Assembly: GCA_024137785.1 (NCBI GenBank)
Contig: JAHRHZ010000084.1
Location: 7,406,093 to 7,470,092, forward strand
Reading direction: 5' to 3'
From: Ginglymostoma cirratum
Taxonomy: Eukaryota
DNA length: 64,000 nucleotides
Below, in pieces: positions 27,151-39,200 of the stretch; position 1 is the stretch's first letter, and each line of letters starts with the position of its first letter. The position numbers and the translations under genes were made by a program. The notes below the pieces were generated by a model. The model saw nothing but the letters and a program-made list of their open reading frames with translations, made no database searches and was not told where the DNA came from.

Positions 27151-28103
27151 AAGCAAATGTATTTCATTCTCACGTCTCTTGTTCAGAAGGAATTGAATTC
27201 ATTTCCTGCATTGTGCAAAGTAAATATCAGTTGAATGATGTCGTACACGAATAGAAGGGCAAAAAAAATTTGCGGTTCATTACCTTTCAAGACCGTGATT
27301 TTCACCATCAGCCATCAACAAGCACATAGAGCTTGACCCCATTTACGCTCCACTTTGAAGGAAAACCGGAAGTGAGGTAATCCTGCTCAACGGATTCCAG
27401 AGTTTAAATAACAGGCGGGAAAACGCAACGGCGCTTCATCGGAGGCTGCACTGATCGTGTTACCCAGCAGGGTAATGAAACGTCTGCGGAAAAACAACGA
27501 AGCAGCTCGGCGAGCCAGCCAACCACAACATCCACAACCCGAGCTACAAATCTACTCTAAAACCTCATTTTTAAACATGTTTACCTCTTAGAGGTTAGAC
27601 AGCGGTTATGACCATAATACGACATTGATTGCAATAAATCGGCAAAGTTGCCTCAAAAGACAAACCACGATTTACAACTTGAAAGTAAAGATGGCATACA
27701 TTTCCGCCGGTTAAAACAACTGCAGAACAACACTATCTCGCAAGGAAATAACGACCGTATCTGATCAGTCTGCTTTAGCATTTAGCGAAGACATTTGAAG
27801 GACTTGCCATTTTGGGGAAATAAAAATGCCACAAACTATCTTACGACAACTAAAAGTCAAAGGAAATTTTCGAATTTATTAATTACAAAAGGATATCATC
27901 TGCCTTCATATCGAGCAAATGTGTCGTTACGGAAAAATATATTCATATCGCGCCTTTCAAACTCATTTGAACTTCCCAAGCGGTTACGGCCAACTTTTTA
28001 AGTGTAGTTACAATTGTGATACAGGGGACGCCACAGCCAATTCGCCCGCACTGCAAACCTCCCAAATTAGCAATGTGATGATGTCCAGGTAAACCTTTCC
28101 TCG

Positions 28104-28192
28104 TCTGTGTGTTTGTGTGTGTTTATCTGTGTGCTTGGTTTGTGTGTCTGCGTGTGTGTGTGAGAGAGAGGGAGAGACAGAGAGAGAGAGAT
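28104..28192. repeat. Imperfect (TG)n(AG)n microsatellite (paralog 60969-61038)
   Basis: Directly visible. Confidence 0.9.
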
Positions 28193-28220
28193 GCAGACTA
28201 AATGGTAAACATGTAAGACA

Positions 28221-29406
28221 GAGATAGTAGGAAGAGCAGATGCTGGAGAATCTGAGAAAACAGGTTGTAGAGCTGGATGAACACAGCAGGCCAAGCAGCA
28301 TCAGAGGAGCAGGAAGGCTGACGTTTCGGGCCTAGACCCTTCTTCAGAAATGGGGAAGGGTAAGAGGATTCTGAAATAAATAGGGAGAGAGGGGGAGGCG
28401 GATAGAAGATGGGTAGAGGAGAAAATAGGCGGAGAGGAGACAGACGGGTCAAAGAGGAGGGGATGGAGCCGGTAAAGGTAAGTGTAGGTAGGTAGGGAGG
28501 AGATAGGTCAGTCCAGGGAGAACGGACAGGTCAAGGGGGCGGGATGAGGTTAGTAGGCAGGAGATGGGGGTGGGGCTTGAGGTAGGAGGAGGGGATAGGT
28601 GGGAGGAAGGACAGGTTAGGGAGGCGGAGACGAGCTGGGCTGGTTTGGGGATGCGGTAGGGGGAGAGGAGGTTTTGAAGCTTGTGAAATCCACATTGATA
28701 CCATTGGGCTGCAGGGTTCCCAAGCGGAATATGAATTGCTGTTCCTGCAACCTTTGGGTAGCATCGTTGTGGCACTGCAGGAGGCCCAGGATGGACATGT
28801 CGTCTGAGGAATGGGAGGGGGAGTTGAAATGGTTCGCGACTGGGAGGTGCAGTTGTTTGTTGCGAACCGAGCGTAGGTGTTCTGCAAAGCGGTCCCCAAG
28901 CATCCGCTTGGTTTCCCCGATGTAGAGGAGGCCACAACGGGTACAGCGGATGCAGTATACCACATTAGCAGATGTGCAGGTGAACATCTGCTTGACGTGG
29001 AAAGTCTTCTTGGGGCCTGGGATTGGGGTGAGGGGGAGGAGGTGTGGGGGCAGGTGTAGCACTTCCTGCGGTTGCAGGGAAAAGTGCTGGGTGTGGTGGG
29101 GCTGGAGGGGAGTGTGAAGCGGACAAGGGAGTCCTGGAGAGACTGGTCCCTCCGGAAAGCAGATAAGGGTGGGGAGAGAAAAATGTCTTTGGTGGTGGGG
29201 TCGGATTGCAAATGGCGGAAGTGTCGGAGGATGATGCGTTGGATCCGCAGGTTGGTCGGGTAGTACGTGAGGACGAGGGGGATTCTGTTTTGGTTGTTAT
29301 TGCGGGGAGGGGTTGTGAGGGACGAGTTGCGGGAAATGCGGGAGACACGGTCGAGGGCGTTCTCGACCACTGAGGCGGGGGGGGCGGGGGAAAGTTGCGG
29401 TCCTTG
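28221..29406 (-). mobile_element. 5'-truncated Penelope-like retroelement (GIY-YIG endonuclease end), young
   Basis: ORF 28616-29062 reads CTRCGLLYIGETKR...RFAEH...VANHFN...EQQFIFRLGTLQPNGIN. Flanked by a 13-bp duplication, AACATGTAAGACA (28208) and AACATTTAAGACA (29407). Empty site at 61055-61067. Confidence 0.92.
28318..28350 (-). ncRNA. Minimal hammerhead motif in the Penelope terminus
   Basis: Minus strand: CUGAAGA-A-GGGUCUAGGCCC-GAAA-CG-UC. Stem I is weak. Confidence 0.55.
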
Positions 29407-32400
29407 AACATTTAAGACACTTGGGTTAACTCCTTAGCTTGACTTCAAAGCGGTGGCATTGAATCCTTCACAATAACACAGGAGGGTGGACTGGAATTTG
29501 GCTTAACATACTATCGGAAAAACAATGTTTCCTACAGCAGGACTTCCTCAGTCATGCTCTGGAACGTCAACTTAGATATCTGTTGCTCTCGTCTTGAAAT
29601 AGGACTCTCGACAATCTTGTCTTTAGACAGGTGTGAGGGTGCTACCATCTCACCAACGGCTAGCATTCAAATCAATTTGAAGAACAACGAAATGCTACGA
29701 GTGACCTGAGCAAGCTCATTGGTACTATGAAAGAATCTGGCTGTGTGGATAATTTCCAGAGAAAATGTTTCCGCTTGTGATAGAATGTAAAACAACAGGA
29801 GATAAACATGATAGTCAGAGCGAAATCGAAAAGAGAGTTTATTTTGCCAATAAAACAGAAATAAATGAAAGGAGTTTCAAGTTGGATTAGACGTGGCTGG
29901 TAAGAAGGAGCAAAAATGCCAGAATATAACAGATAGGCTGACTGGTGTTTGCCTAAGCTGCAGGCTATAGGCGGTCGTCAGTCATTTGAAACAAAACGTG
30001 ATCAGATCATAAAATTTGCTGACCAACCTCTGCCAAGAAAAGAACTAAATTAACGTTTCAGTCACAGCCCTTTGTCAGCTGTTGAAAAGTAAGAAAATGA
30101 ACGGAAATGATAGCTTACATTTATATAAAAATTCTGAAACGCAAAGATGTAGCAGTGTTTCCTGAAGATTAAACAAAACCACACCCTGTCAAAGATAAAA
30201 AGAGAGGAATGAAAATCGATTGTTGAGATGGATGTAAAGAATTCTGATTGAAAAGGACGAATGGAGTAGCAGAGACTTTTAGGGAGATCATTTTGGAAAA
30301 TGGAGTCCAAGCATTGGCGGCTAAGGGCCCAGTGTACACAATGTTGGACACATAGGAGAATAAGGAGTAAGATTGTTGTCTGAAATAATTCTGAGGTAGG
30401 GTATGACAAGACGAAGAACAAATTTAAATGAATATCAGAATTTTAAATTTGAGCCAATAGCGCATAGAAAACAGTTGTGGATCAACAAGGATCGGGGAGA
30501 TGGGTGAACAGGAATTTGTGCAGGATCGACTATGGGTAGCAGCATTTCGGATGAAAGTCATTTTCTGCAAATTGGATGTTGGTGGTGGTGCAAGGTCGGC
30601 ATTTGGTGAAAACGGTTAAAATGTGAGTTATTTGGTGCTGTAACTTTGTCAACAGTCGGTTTACATTTTTTTCCGATTATTGATTTCTTTAACTTCTATT
30701 CGCTAATTTGGAATTTAGAGGATTGAGGAATGATTAATACAGATAACGCTGCAAAGAAAGAAGGAAACAATCTTTCCAATGAAGAGAATCCAGCGACTCC
30801 ATCATAGAGAAAATAATTTGTCAATTTAATTAGGCTGCTGTGCTGGGACAGAAACCCGATTTACCAGAGTATTGCGGAAGGACCTGGCTTGAAATAAGCG
30901 GAAGAGTAATGGGAAAATAGCCACGTTGTATGAGCGAAGAAATACAATGGCCCCTGCGTTCCTATTTTACATTTTACCATTGCGCCATTTGTATGTACAC
31001 GTGTGTAAATATGTGCATAGCACCAAGTCACCTGTGACAGTTGCGAGGTGAAGCGGCGTAGCAGAGGAAGGAGAAGGAAGCCAAGACGGGGCTGCCAATT
31101 CTATTTCTCTTTGTAACAACGAGCTGTCACTACAGAAGACAGAGTTGGTCACTCACCTGAGGTCACATCTAACCTGACTACTGCCATTCTGGATTCCAAG
31201 GGACTGCCCACAGAGAAGATAGGCATATCTGCGCATCTGTATGCAATATCTGTTGGTATACATGGACACATGAATTTTCGTGTGTCTGTGAAATCTTGCA
31301 ACATAACAGTGGCTTTACCTCATTGGTTTTCAAGGGCTTTAGAATATCCTGACTGCCATTGTTCTAAACACAAGTCCTATTAATTTTAAGTGTATATGAA
31401 CTTATGTGCGCGCGGGTTTTATGTACGAGTCTTTAACTTTATGTGAATTTTTTCACGGCATGCTGTGGTGTATGTATACATAACTCATCCCAAATCCAAT
31501 TCGTTTATTGTTTCATATTCGTTGAGCCACATTGCCTCCTGATTCTGCAACAGCTTTCGTTTGAAATCCTCTTTAATATTTTTAATCCCTCCAATCTCTG
31601 CTTTAATTCTGACCTCTTGTCCACGGCCAACTTTCTCCATTCCACCTTTGACGGCATGTCTTGAACTACACGTTGGAAGCTCGTCCCAAACCAAGTCTGT
31701 TTTCTCTCCTATTTTAAAACATGCCTACTTGACCAAGCTATTTTCTCTAATTCATCACTCTGTTCACTCCATAACGTTCCCTGCCAATCGCTTTGAAATT
31801 TTACTACTTTGCAGGCGCTATATAAATGTGACTTCCCATATGGATATGTTGGTTTGATTCTGCTTACGTGTGAGAGTAACTACGTTTCCATTTTTTCCCT
31901 TTATAAATGTAATTTTTATTTGTAACACATTCTACGTTGACGGAGAGCGCTGACTACCCAGGCATCTATTTTCAATGAATGCTTCGGTGAGCGGTTATCG
32001 CTGCTCAACTTTGAGCGTTTACAACACGTTTATTTTTAAAGAAAGGCTCCTTACAATCGAAGAGAATGGAAACACTTGTGGTTAGATGTTGAGCCCGTTT
32101 CAGGGCGTACAAGTTCAGCAACACTTGCATTTTCGGATTCGAATTGAAAGGAGCGTAATTTTTGAAAAAGAATGACAAGCCTGACAAGCGTCAAACTTCT
32201 CCGAACATTTTGCATGTTTTACATTTAGCAATGTCGCAGTGCGCTAACTCTGAAAAATACATGAAATCCGAAGCAATCGTCTTTACCTCACCTATATTTC
32301 AACGCTCCCAGAACTAACTTTAGACACGTGTAGCTCTTTGAGCATGTCCTATTTAAGGGAGTGGGAGAGAGGTGGTAATCCATAACTTACAGAGAGCCAT

Positions 32401-32939
32401 CATTCTGTTCAATGATCTCTCCATTGTTTTCAGCTGTATCATCCAGCAAGTTCTCATTGTGCAAAAAGATAAACAAGATAATAGATTATATATTTGAACT
32501 GAGAGATGTCCTTACTGTAGACTGGTAACAGCACTGGTGAATTAGTGAATTCAAACAAAAAATGCATTTGTGGCGAGAAAGCACAATTATCGTTTCGAAT
32601 CCGGTGGCCCTTCAGAAGAAAACGCATTTTTATGGCTCTCTTCATGACCTCTTGAGATTCCAATAAATCTTACAACCAGATAAGCACTTCAGTTTTGTTG
32701 CCAGTTTTCTTATGTGGAAAAAAACGCAGTCATTTTACTCGCAGCAAAGTCCCACAACAGAAACATCACGATTCCCAAAGTTCTAAGGATGCTGGAAATC
32801 AGAAACACAAACAGAAATTTCTGGAAAAATAACTCAGCAGACATGGCAACATTTGTGTAAAGAGAGCGGCGTTGACATTTCGGATCCAGTGAACTTTGTT
32901 CGGAACGTCAATTCTGCTTTCTTCCCAAAGATGTCTTGG

Positions 32940-33960
32940 GGTCTTATCTATCTTCATACTTTTTAAGACACACAACACATCTTCCTTTTTAATAGCAACT
33001 TGTCTTAGAAACTCGACACTCCTTTCCCTCCACTAATTCCTTCTCTGGTGAATACCGACACAAAGTTTTCGTTGAGGAACTCACCTACCTCTCCTGGCTC
33101 CACGAATAGTTTCCCTCCTTTATCCTTCAGTGGGCCAACCCCTTTCCCTGGCTACCGTCTTGCGTTTTATATGTGTATAAAAAGCCTTGGGATTCTCCTT
33201 AATTCTGTTTGTTGACGACTTTTCATGAAACACTTTTAGCCCTTCTAATTCCTTGTTTATAGTTCTTTCCTAAAGTTCTTTCCGACTTTCCTTATATACT
33301 TCAAGGGCTTCATCAGCTCCCATTCTCCTAGACCTCATGCATGCTTCCTTTGTCTCCCTGACTAAGATCAAAATATCACTGGATATTCGAGGTCATGTAA
33401 CTTGTCATACCTATTCTTCATTCTCGCAGGTTACTGAACTCTTATCAACTGCCGTTTGAAATACTCCCACGTGTCTGATGTGGATTTACACTTAAACAAG
33501 TACCTCCAATCAAAATTCTCCAGTTCCTCATTAATATTGTTGCAGTTCGCCTTCCCGCAGTTTAACACTTTCACACGAGAACTGCTGTTCTCTCTATCCA
33601 TGAGCATCTTAGATCGCACGGTATTATGCTCACTACTCCCAAAATGCTCACCCACTGTAATGTCCTTCACCTTGCTGGACCCATTTCCCAAAACTAGGTC
33701 CAGTATAACAGCTTCTTTTGTTGGACTGTTGACATTTTGTTTCAAGAATCCCTCCTGAATGCCATTGGGAGGCCTGTAGTATAACCTCAGCGTTGTGATT
33801 TCACCTTTCCTATCCCTGAGATCCAAACATCATTGCCTCGCTGCAGGAGTCCTCCGACATATTCTCCTTCAGAGCAGCTGTGACATTCTCCTTTATCAGT
33901 AATGCAACTCCCCTAACCCTTTTACCTGCCTTTCTGTCACACTTGAAATTGATGATGCTT
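32940..33960 (-). mobile_element. CR1 ORF2 fragment (endonuclease region)
   Basis: GVALLIKE, YYRPP, ILDLVLGN and GEHFGSSEHN in ORFs 33431-33826 and 33810-34040. Confidence 0.85.
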
Positions 33961-36029
33961 GGACCAAGGCTGTAATGTGCTCTGAGGAGGAGTAAATTGG
34001 TGAAACTCAAATTGAACGCTACTGAGCAGATTATTGTCAAGCAAGTTTCGCCTCAAAGCACTGTGGATCGCACATTTCAGACCTCTGCTGAAATAAAGAG
34101 TAGACTGATGGAAAGTTACTTGCTCAGATTTGATTTCTGCTGCTTTCTTTTTCTGGACTGGACATTAAAGTGGGCTACATTACAAACTGTTGGGTAGATG
34201 CTACTTTTTTGATTGCGCTGAAAGAGCTTGCCTGGGGCACTTTCCGCAACACGCGTTTTTCCTGTTGATGTAAGGACGTCCACAATTTTTGCAGTAGCAG
34301 TGGCCAGGTACGCCCAACAATTGAGATACTCACAACCTGGCGTTGTGGAGCTGCAGTTCCGCTCCAGCGATAAATTTCTGTGACTGTTCCGCTTTTTTAA
34401 AATGAAAACCACTAATGAGGATAACCGATTGGTATGTACGGCGCACTGCTGACCAGTTACTGGGGATGATCGAGGAGTGAGGCCGTGTCAGGCATTTCAA
34501 GTAGCAATCATTCTTCATGATCAAACCGTCACTGCACTGTCGCTTCTTCAAGTTGAGTCGTCTCAAATTCGTTGCATTATCATTCGCCTCTCAAAAGCCT
34601 GAAAATTGTATTCATGTTGTTATCCAAGAACAGCTATGACATCCAACACTGTGTCGCTAATTAGTTCAGATATCAGGACTTCTTCACATGCATCCGAAAC
34701 AGCGGCAGTCATAATTAACCTATCTAAAGGTGAAACCGTGAGGAAAAATTTAAATGATGGAATTACTCACATTTTACTATTGCAAGAAGATCCGAGATGT
34801 CGGTGGAAGTAAACACTTGGAGTACATGTACATTGTTGAGAGGGACAGGGCAAATGAAAAGGCTGAAATACAACGAGGATTCCTGACATTATTATTAGAG
34901 AGATGATGCATTAAGCAAGGAAGTGGCACGAAACATTTGTTAAGAACTATTTAGGTGTTAACTGGAGTTTTCTGTACAAACCTGCAACAACCCTTTCGGG
35001 AGAGTTTCACGAAAATGGTAACACCGCAGAAGATGTTTGCCAGAATGTGAACAAAGTCGTGGGATTTAACTATGCGGCGAGACTGGAGAAACAAAGGTTT
35101 TTCTCATTACAGTCGAGGATGATGAGGCGGATTGATGCCATAGTCCAGAGATCACAATAGCTTAAAAGGCAAATTAAAGGAAACTGTTCCCAGTTACAGA
35201 AGGGCCGAAAATCAAACAACAGAGTTGAGGTGATTGACAAGAGCACTCGAGGCTAATGAGAAGAAGCGGCGTACAATCTAGTCCTGTCCCGGGTTCACCC
35301 ATGCCGTGACGAACAGAACTCCTGAATGATATGCACCGACAGGTTTAGAATTAAGCCAATAGAAGACGGAACAGAGTTGGAAATACCAGAAGCTGAATAC
35401 TGTGAATAAGCAAAGTGCCACTTCCATTTGATGAAGAGTCGAACTTGAAACATTAACTTTGCGTTCTTCTCACACATGATTCCAGGCCCTGATTTTTTCC
35501 AGCAATTTTGCATTGTTATCTTTTCTTTTAATCGCTATCAGCAAACGATGGTCTCTTTATTCCGCTTCTCCTCGCACGTCCATGTGGAAATGCCAACACA
35601 CAGGACCCTGAATAATACTTGGTGTTTTTCAGGCTGCGAAATTAATGCTAGTAACTGTGAACCAGATGAACAGGGGTCTCGAATTTCATATCTACCGTGA
35701 GTCAAAATAATATTATATTCTAAAATCCTAAAGCGGAGAAAAGGAATTCATCAGGGTTAATAGTCCTAACTGCAATTCCAATTATTACTGCTTGACATCA
35801 TCATGGATTTGAAGATCCCAGGTTTAAATATTTTACCACTCTCATTGTCTTGCATATAGGTGAATACTTTAGGTGAGTTACTGGGGAGGTGACCATGCCT
35901 GCGACTTGAATCGTTATTTTCAGACCGAATCAAGGCCGGAAAGTTACTGTTCATAACTAATCGGAAAGCATTGTTCCGGCAGTGTCAGAAACACATTGTC
36001 TTCAGATGGAAATTTCTCAACAATCAGTG

Positions 36030-36065
36030 GTCAAGGAACCTCCCACTTCCCATACTTCTGGGACT
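36030..36065 (+). promoter_or_regulatory. Possible ETS-type motifs upstream of the leader exon
   Basis: AGGAAC and CACTTCC about 130-150 bp upstream of the ATG. Motifs are short and could be chance. Confidence 0.25.
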
Positions 36066-36180
36066 CAATATTCGTCATGTGATGTCTCAGGTCATGGTCA
36101 TAGGCTTGATAAGTTTTTCCGACCAAACCATTCAGGACACCATCCTCATTTACAACAAGAAACCCACGAACTTTTCTTTT

Positions 36181-36241
36181 ATGTCTATGTTCATGACTGT
36201 TACAGTACAGTACATGACTCTACTTGGCATAATTTGGTCAG
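36181..36241 (+). CDS. Probable leader (signal peptide) exon
   Basis: MSMFMTVTVQYMTLLGIIWS followed by CAG|GTACAT in phase 1. Splices in frame to give ...LLGIIWSAAEATSG-KVKQ. Alternative in-frame ATGs at 36187, 36193 and 36214. Confidence 0.6.
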
Positions 36242-39200
36242 GTACATTTAGTTACTGTATGCTCCTATATTAAAATCCGTTATATCCTATTTTACAAGAT
36301 AGCGCAATGGTTCTGCTTTGTATAATTAAACATTGTGCTGCTCCACTTCGATTGCTATAACTTTCAATGGCTCTTGCATTTTACTTCGTGAAGTTCTTTT
36401 CCTGGTATATTCTTGCTAAGCAGGGGACTGAAAGTTTGTCAGCATAAGAGAAGGCGGATTTGTAGCTACAATTAGAACAGCCATTAATGAATAGCCGAGT
36501 AGGTGCGAAGGGCAGAATGGCCTATTCTTTCTCCGTGTGGTGTACGTTGGTTTGCAGATATTATCATCGCTCTTCTTTCTTTTCTGATAGCCGCTGAAGC
36601 AACTTCGGGTAAAGTGAAACAGTTCCCTAAATTTTTGAGCGTTAACAGAGGTGAGAATGTTTCCATCTTCTGCACGTTTCCTATCTTTGAAGAAACTCCT
36701 GATGTTTATTGGCGGAGACGGGGTGAGGTGTCGGTTCTGGAGGCAGACAGCAGAAAGCGATTCAACGCAAAAAGGGGAACAAGTTCTTTCTCAGTCCTAA
36801 ACGCTAGTGTTGCTGATGCCGGAGTGTATTTCTGTGAAGTTAAGCACCAGCGAAGGTCGATTGGAGATGGGGGTGGCACACAACTGACTGTTTATGGTAA
36901 GGATCATTGTACCGGACAGGCTGCTTCTCAGTTTTATTAGATACTTGCAAAGTTTTTATATCGCGGGACGAAGATTCTTCGAATTGCTTTTACGTGGGTT
37001 TGTACTTTCTTTGTCACTGAACTCGTGTTAAATAGCAATTGATTCACTCTCGCAATTTGAACACTTATGTCTGAGACCAATTTCACTCGCTTGCTCTCCT
37101 GATATTTGAAAGGGTTCTACTTCCAAAGAGTTTTATTTTTGTCCAGTTGCAACTATTATCAAACCAAGATACCGAAATAAAATAAAAGTTTAAATTTAGG
37201 TTTGAAATGAATCAATGTGCTACGAGGACAAAGTCCCTTCTCGCCAATTTAACGGGGCCGATGTGCGACAGTGGGAACAATTCTAACATCTCCTGGGTCA
37301 TATCTTTTGCCCTCCTTTATTAACTCAAATCCAGGGCTAAGGAATGATAGCATTCTGATTCTTGACTACGCACTTAATGCAGTTCTGTTGGCCATAAAAT
37401 CTAATGAATCTTGCAAATTAATAATGACTTTAACTTATATTTGGAAAATTTCTGAAAAGTATGCTCGGAAAGAAAACATCGAAATTGTTCTCAAGAGTTT
37501 CACAAAAAATGGAAAGTTAACAAGGCCCCATATATTAGGTTACATGACGCCTATACACTGATTCGCATCTGTTAGATATAAAAATAGGGCTGATAAAAGC
37601 AGAGGGGAAAATGAGCCCAGTAGACAGAATGAACTTCGAGAAGTTCAAAAACTCTGGAATTATATAATGCCTCAGAGTTAGAATTTTCCATGTTGGATTC
37701 CGCATCTGTGCAGTTGTTATGAACTTCACACTAATCCGTAATCCATAAAAGCTACGGAGGAGGTGATGGCCTCGTGGTATTATGGCTAGTGTATTAAACC
37801 AGAGACCCCGAAAACATTTGGGTGACACATGTTCAAATCCTGCCACTGCAGGCCACCCCTGCAATAAACCTCTGGCATTAAGAATCAACTGTTAATTTTT
37901 GTGAAAATTCCACCTGTTTCACAAATTTTTTTAGAGCAGGAAACTGCCATCCTTTCCTGGTCTGACCTACATGTGACTCCAGCCCCACAGCAATGTGGTT
38001 GACTCTTAACCGCCCTCTGGACAATTAGTGATGGGCAATAAATACTGCCTGGCCAGCGACGCCCTCGCCCCGTGAATGAGTAAAGAAAAGGATAGAACCA
38101 GAGAAGCTGTTCAAATTAGTGGAGAACAAACACAGGATCCATATTTCAGATAATTTGCAAAATAGTCAGGTGCCACGGTCGGAAAATCTTTCAAGAAAGT
38201 TGTTCAAGGATCTGGAGTGCACTGCGGAAGAATCCAGTGCAATTATGGCGTTCAAAAGGCAAAGTTATGAAAGGGATGAAACCAACAACGACAATTGCAG
38301 TGGATCTGGCAGCATTTGTGGAGAGAAATGGAGTTAAGGTTTCCAGTTTGGTCTGACTCTTCTTCAGGAGAAGTTTTGAACATTGTACGAGACAAAATAT
38401 TTCGTACCGCAAACCATCATGTATGCGGTATGGGGATAGGGAATTCAGTGACAGACTGGCGTGTACTGTTTCCGATAGGTTTGCTCAGGAATCCAATTGC
38501 TGCTAACCCCAGTCCTTCTCCAGGATCTCATTCAGAACATTGCCCCTGCCTCCCTCAAGTAACCAATCCTGGGAGATCCAACATCTTTATTAATCATTTC
38601 ACATATTCCTACTATTTTGTTGTCGGGCTGGAACACTTCAACGTTTAAAATTAAACGATAAAGAGCGTAAGTATTGTCACTGTATGAATGTAACAGCGTC
38701 ACGGGTGCAGTCAAATGAGGATGTGCTCATTTAAATTTAAACAAAACAGAAACTTTTTTTTCCTTCAAGTGTCGCCGTTGCCACTGAAACTCGTTCAAGT
38801 TGAAGGGGTTTCTGCGGCTTCTCTGAAACTCGTGTGCAAAACTGCTGCCTGTTACCCGGAGCCTGTCCGTATCTCCTGGCGAAGAGATGCTGCCGAAAAT
38901 TTGACCGGAATACAAACGGTAATAAAGACTGCGGATGGACTGTATGAGGTTTCCAGCTCTCTGGAAGAAGCGCAGCCTGTGCGGAGCGGAGTGATTTATA
39001 CCTGTCTGGTGTCACATGTTTCCCTTCCTGTACCCGTCAGTGTCAACTTCACCGTCAATCCAGGTAAGACTGGAAACACTGGCAGCAGTGAGAGGGACCA
39101 GCGCTCCAAGCAGCGTTTAGAGAGTAGACATGCAGCTGAGCAGCTGTCCAAACCAGAGGGAGGAGTTGAGCGTGGAAAGTATTAACTCGCAAAGCGCCAC

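Larger units (their letters stand above)
18104..32420 (+). repeat. Segmental duplication copy 2
   Basis: Collinear with 42262-64000, e.g. 18104~42262, 18750~51361, 19500~52420, 24120~57420, 30500~62150 and 32381~63961. Confidence 0.9.

Noticed and set aside
35633-35696. Exon-like segment (TTTTCAG|...|GTGAGT) with a phase-1 ATG frame MLVTVNQMNRGLEFHIY
   Set aside because: Not hydrophobic, so a poor leader. It could be a 5' UTR exon but nothing supports that.
36367-36447. MALAFYFVKFFSW as an alternative leader
   Set aside because: The nearby GT donor is phase 2, incompatible with the V exon.
36503-36590. Hydrophobic N-terminus of ORF 36503-36940 as a signal peptide
   Set aside because: It is the translated polypyrimidine tract of the V-exon acceptor and the ORF has no ATG start; the 36181 exon fits better.
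36591-39063. Call as a rearranging Ig light chain, TCR or IgNAR cluster
   Set aside because: No RSS or separate J segments, no FGxG/WGxG aromatic, atypical Cys spacing, and the TM lacks the conserved antigen-receptor TM motif.
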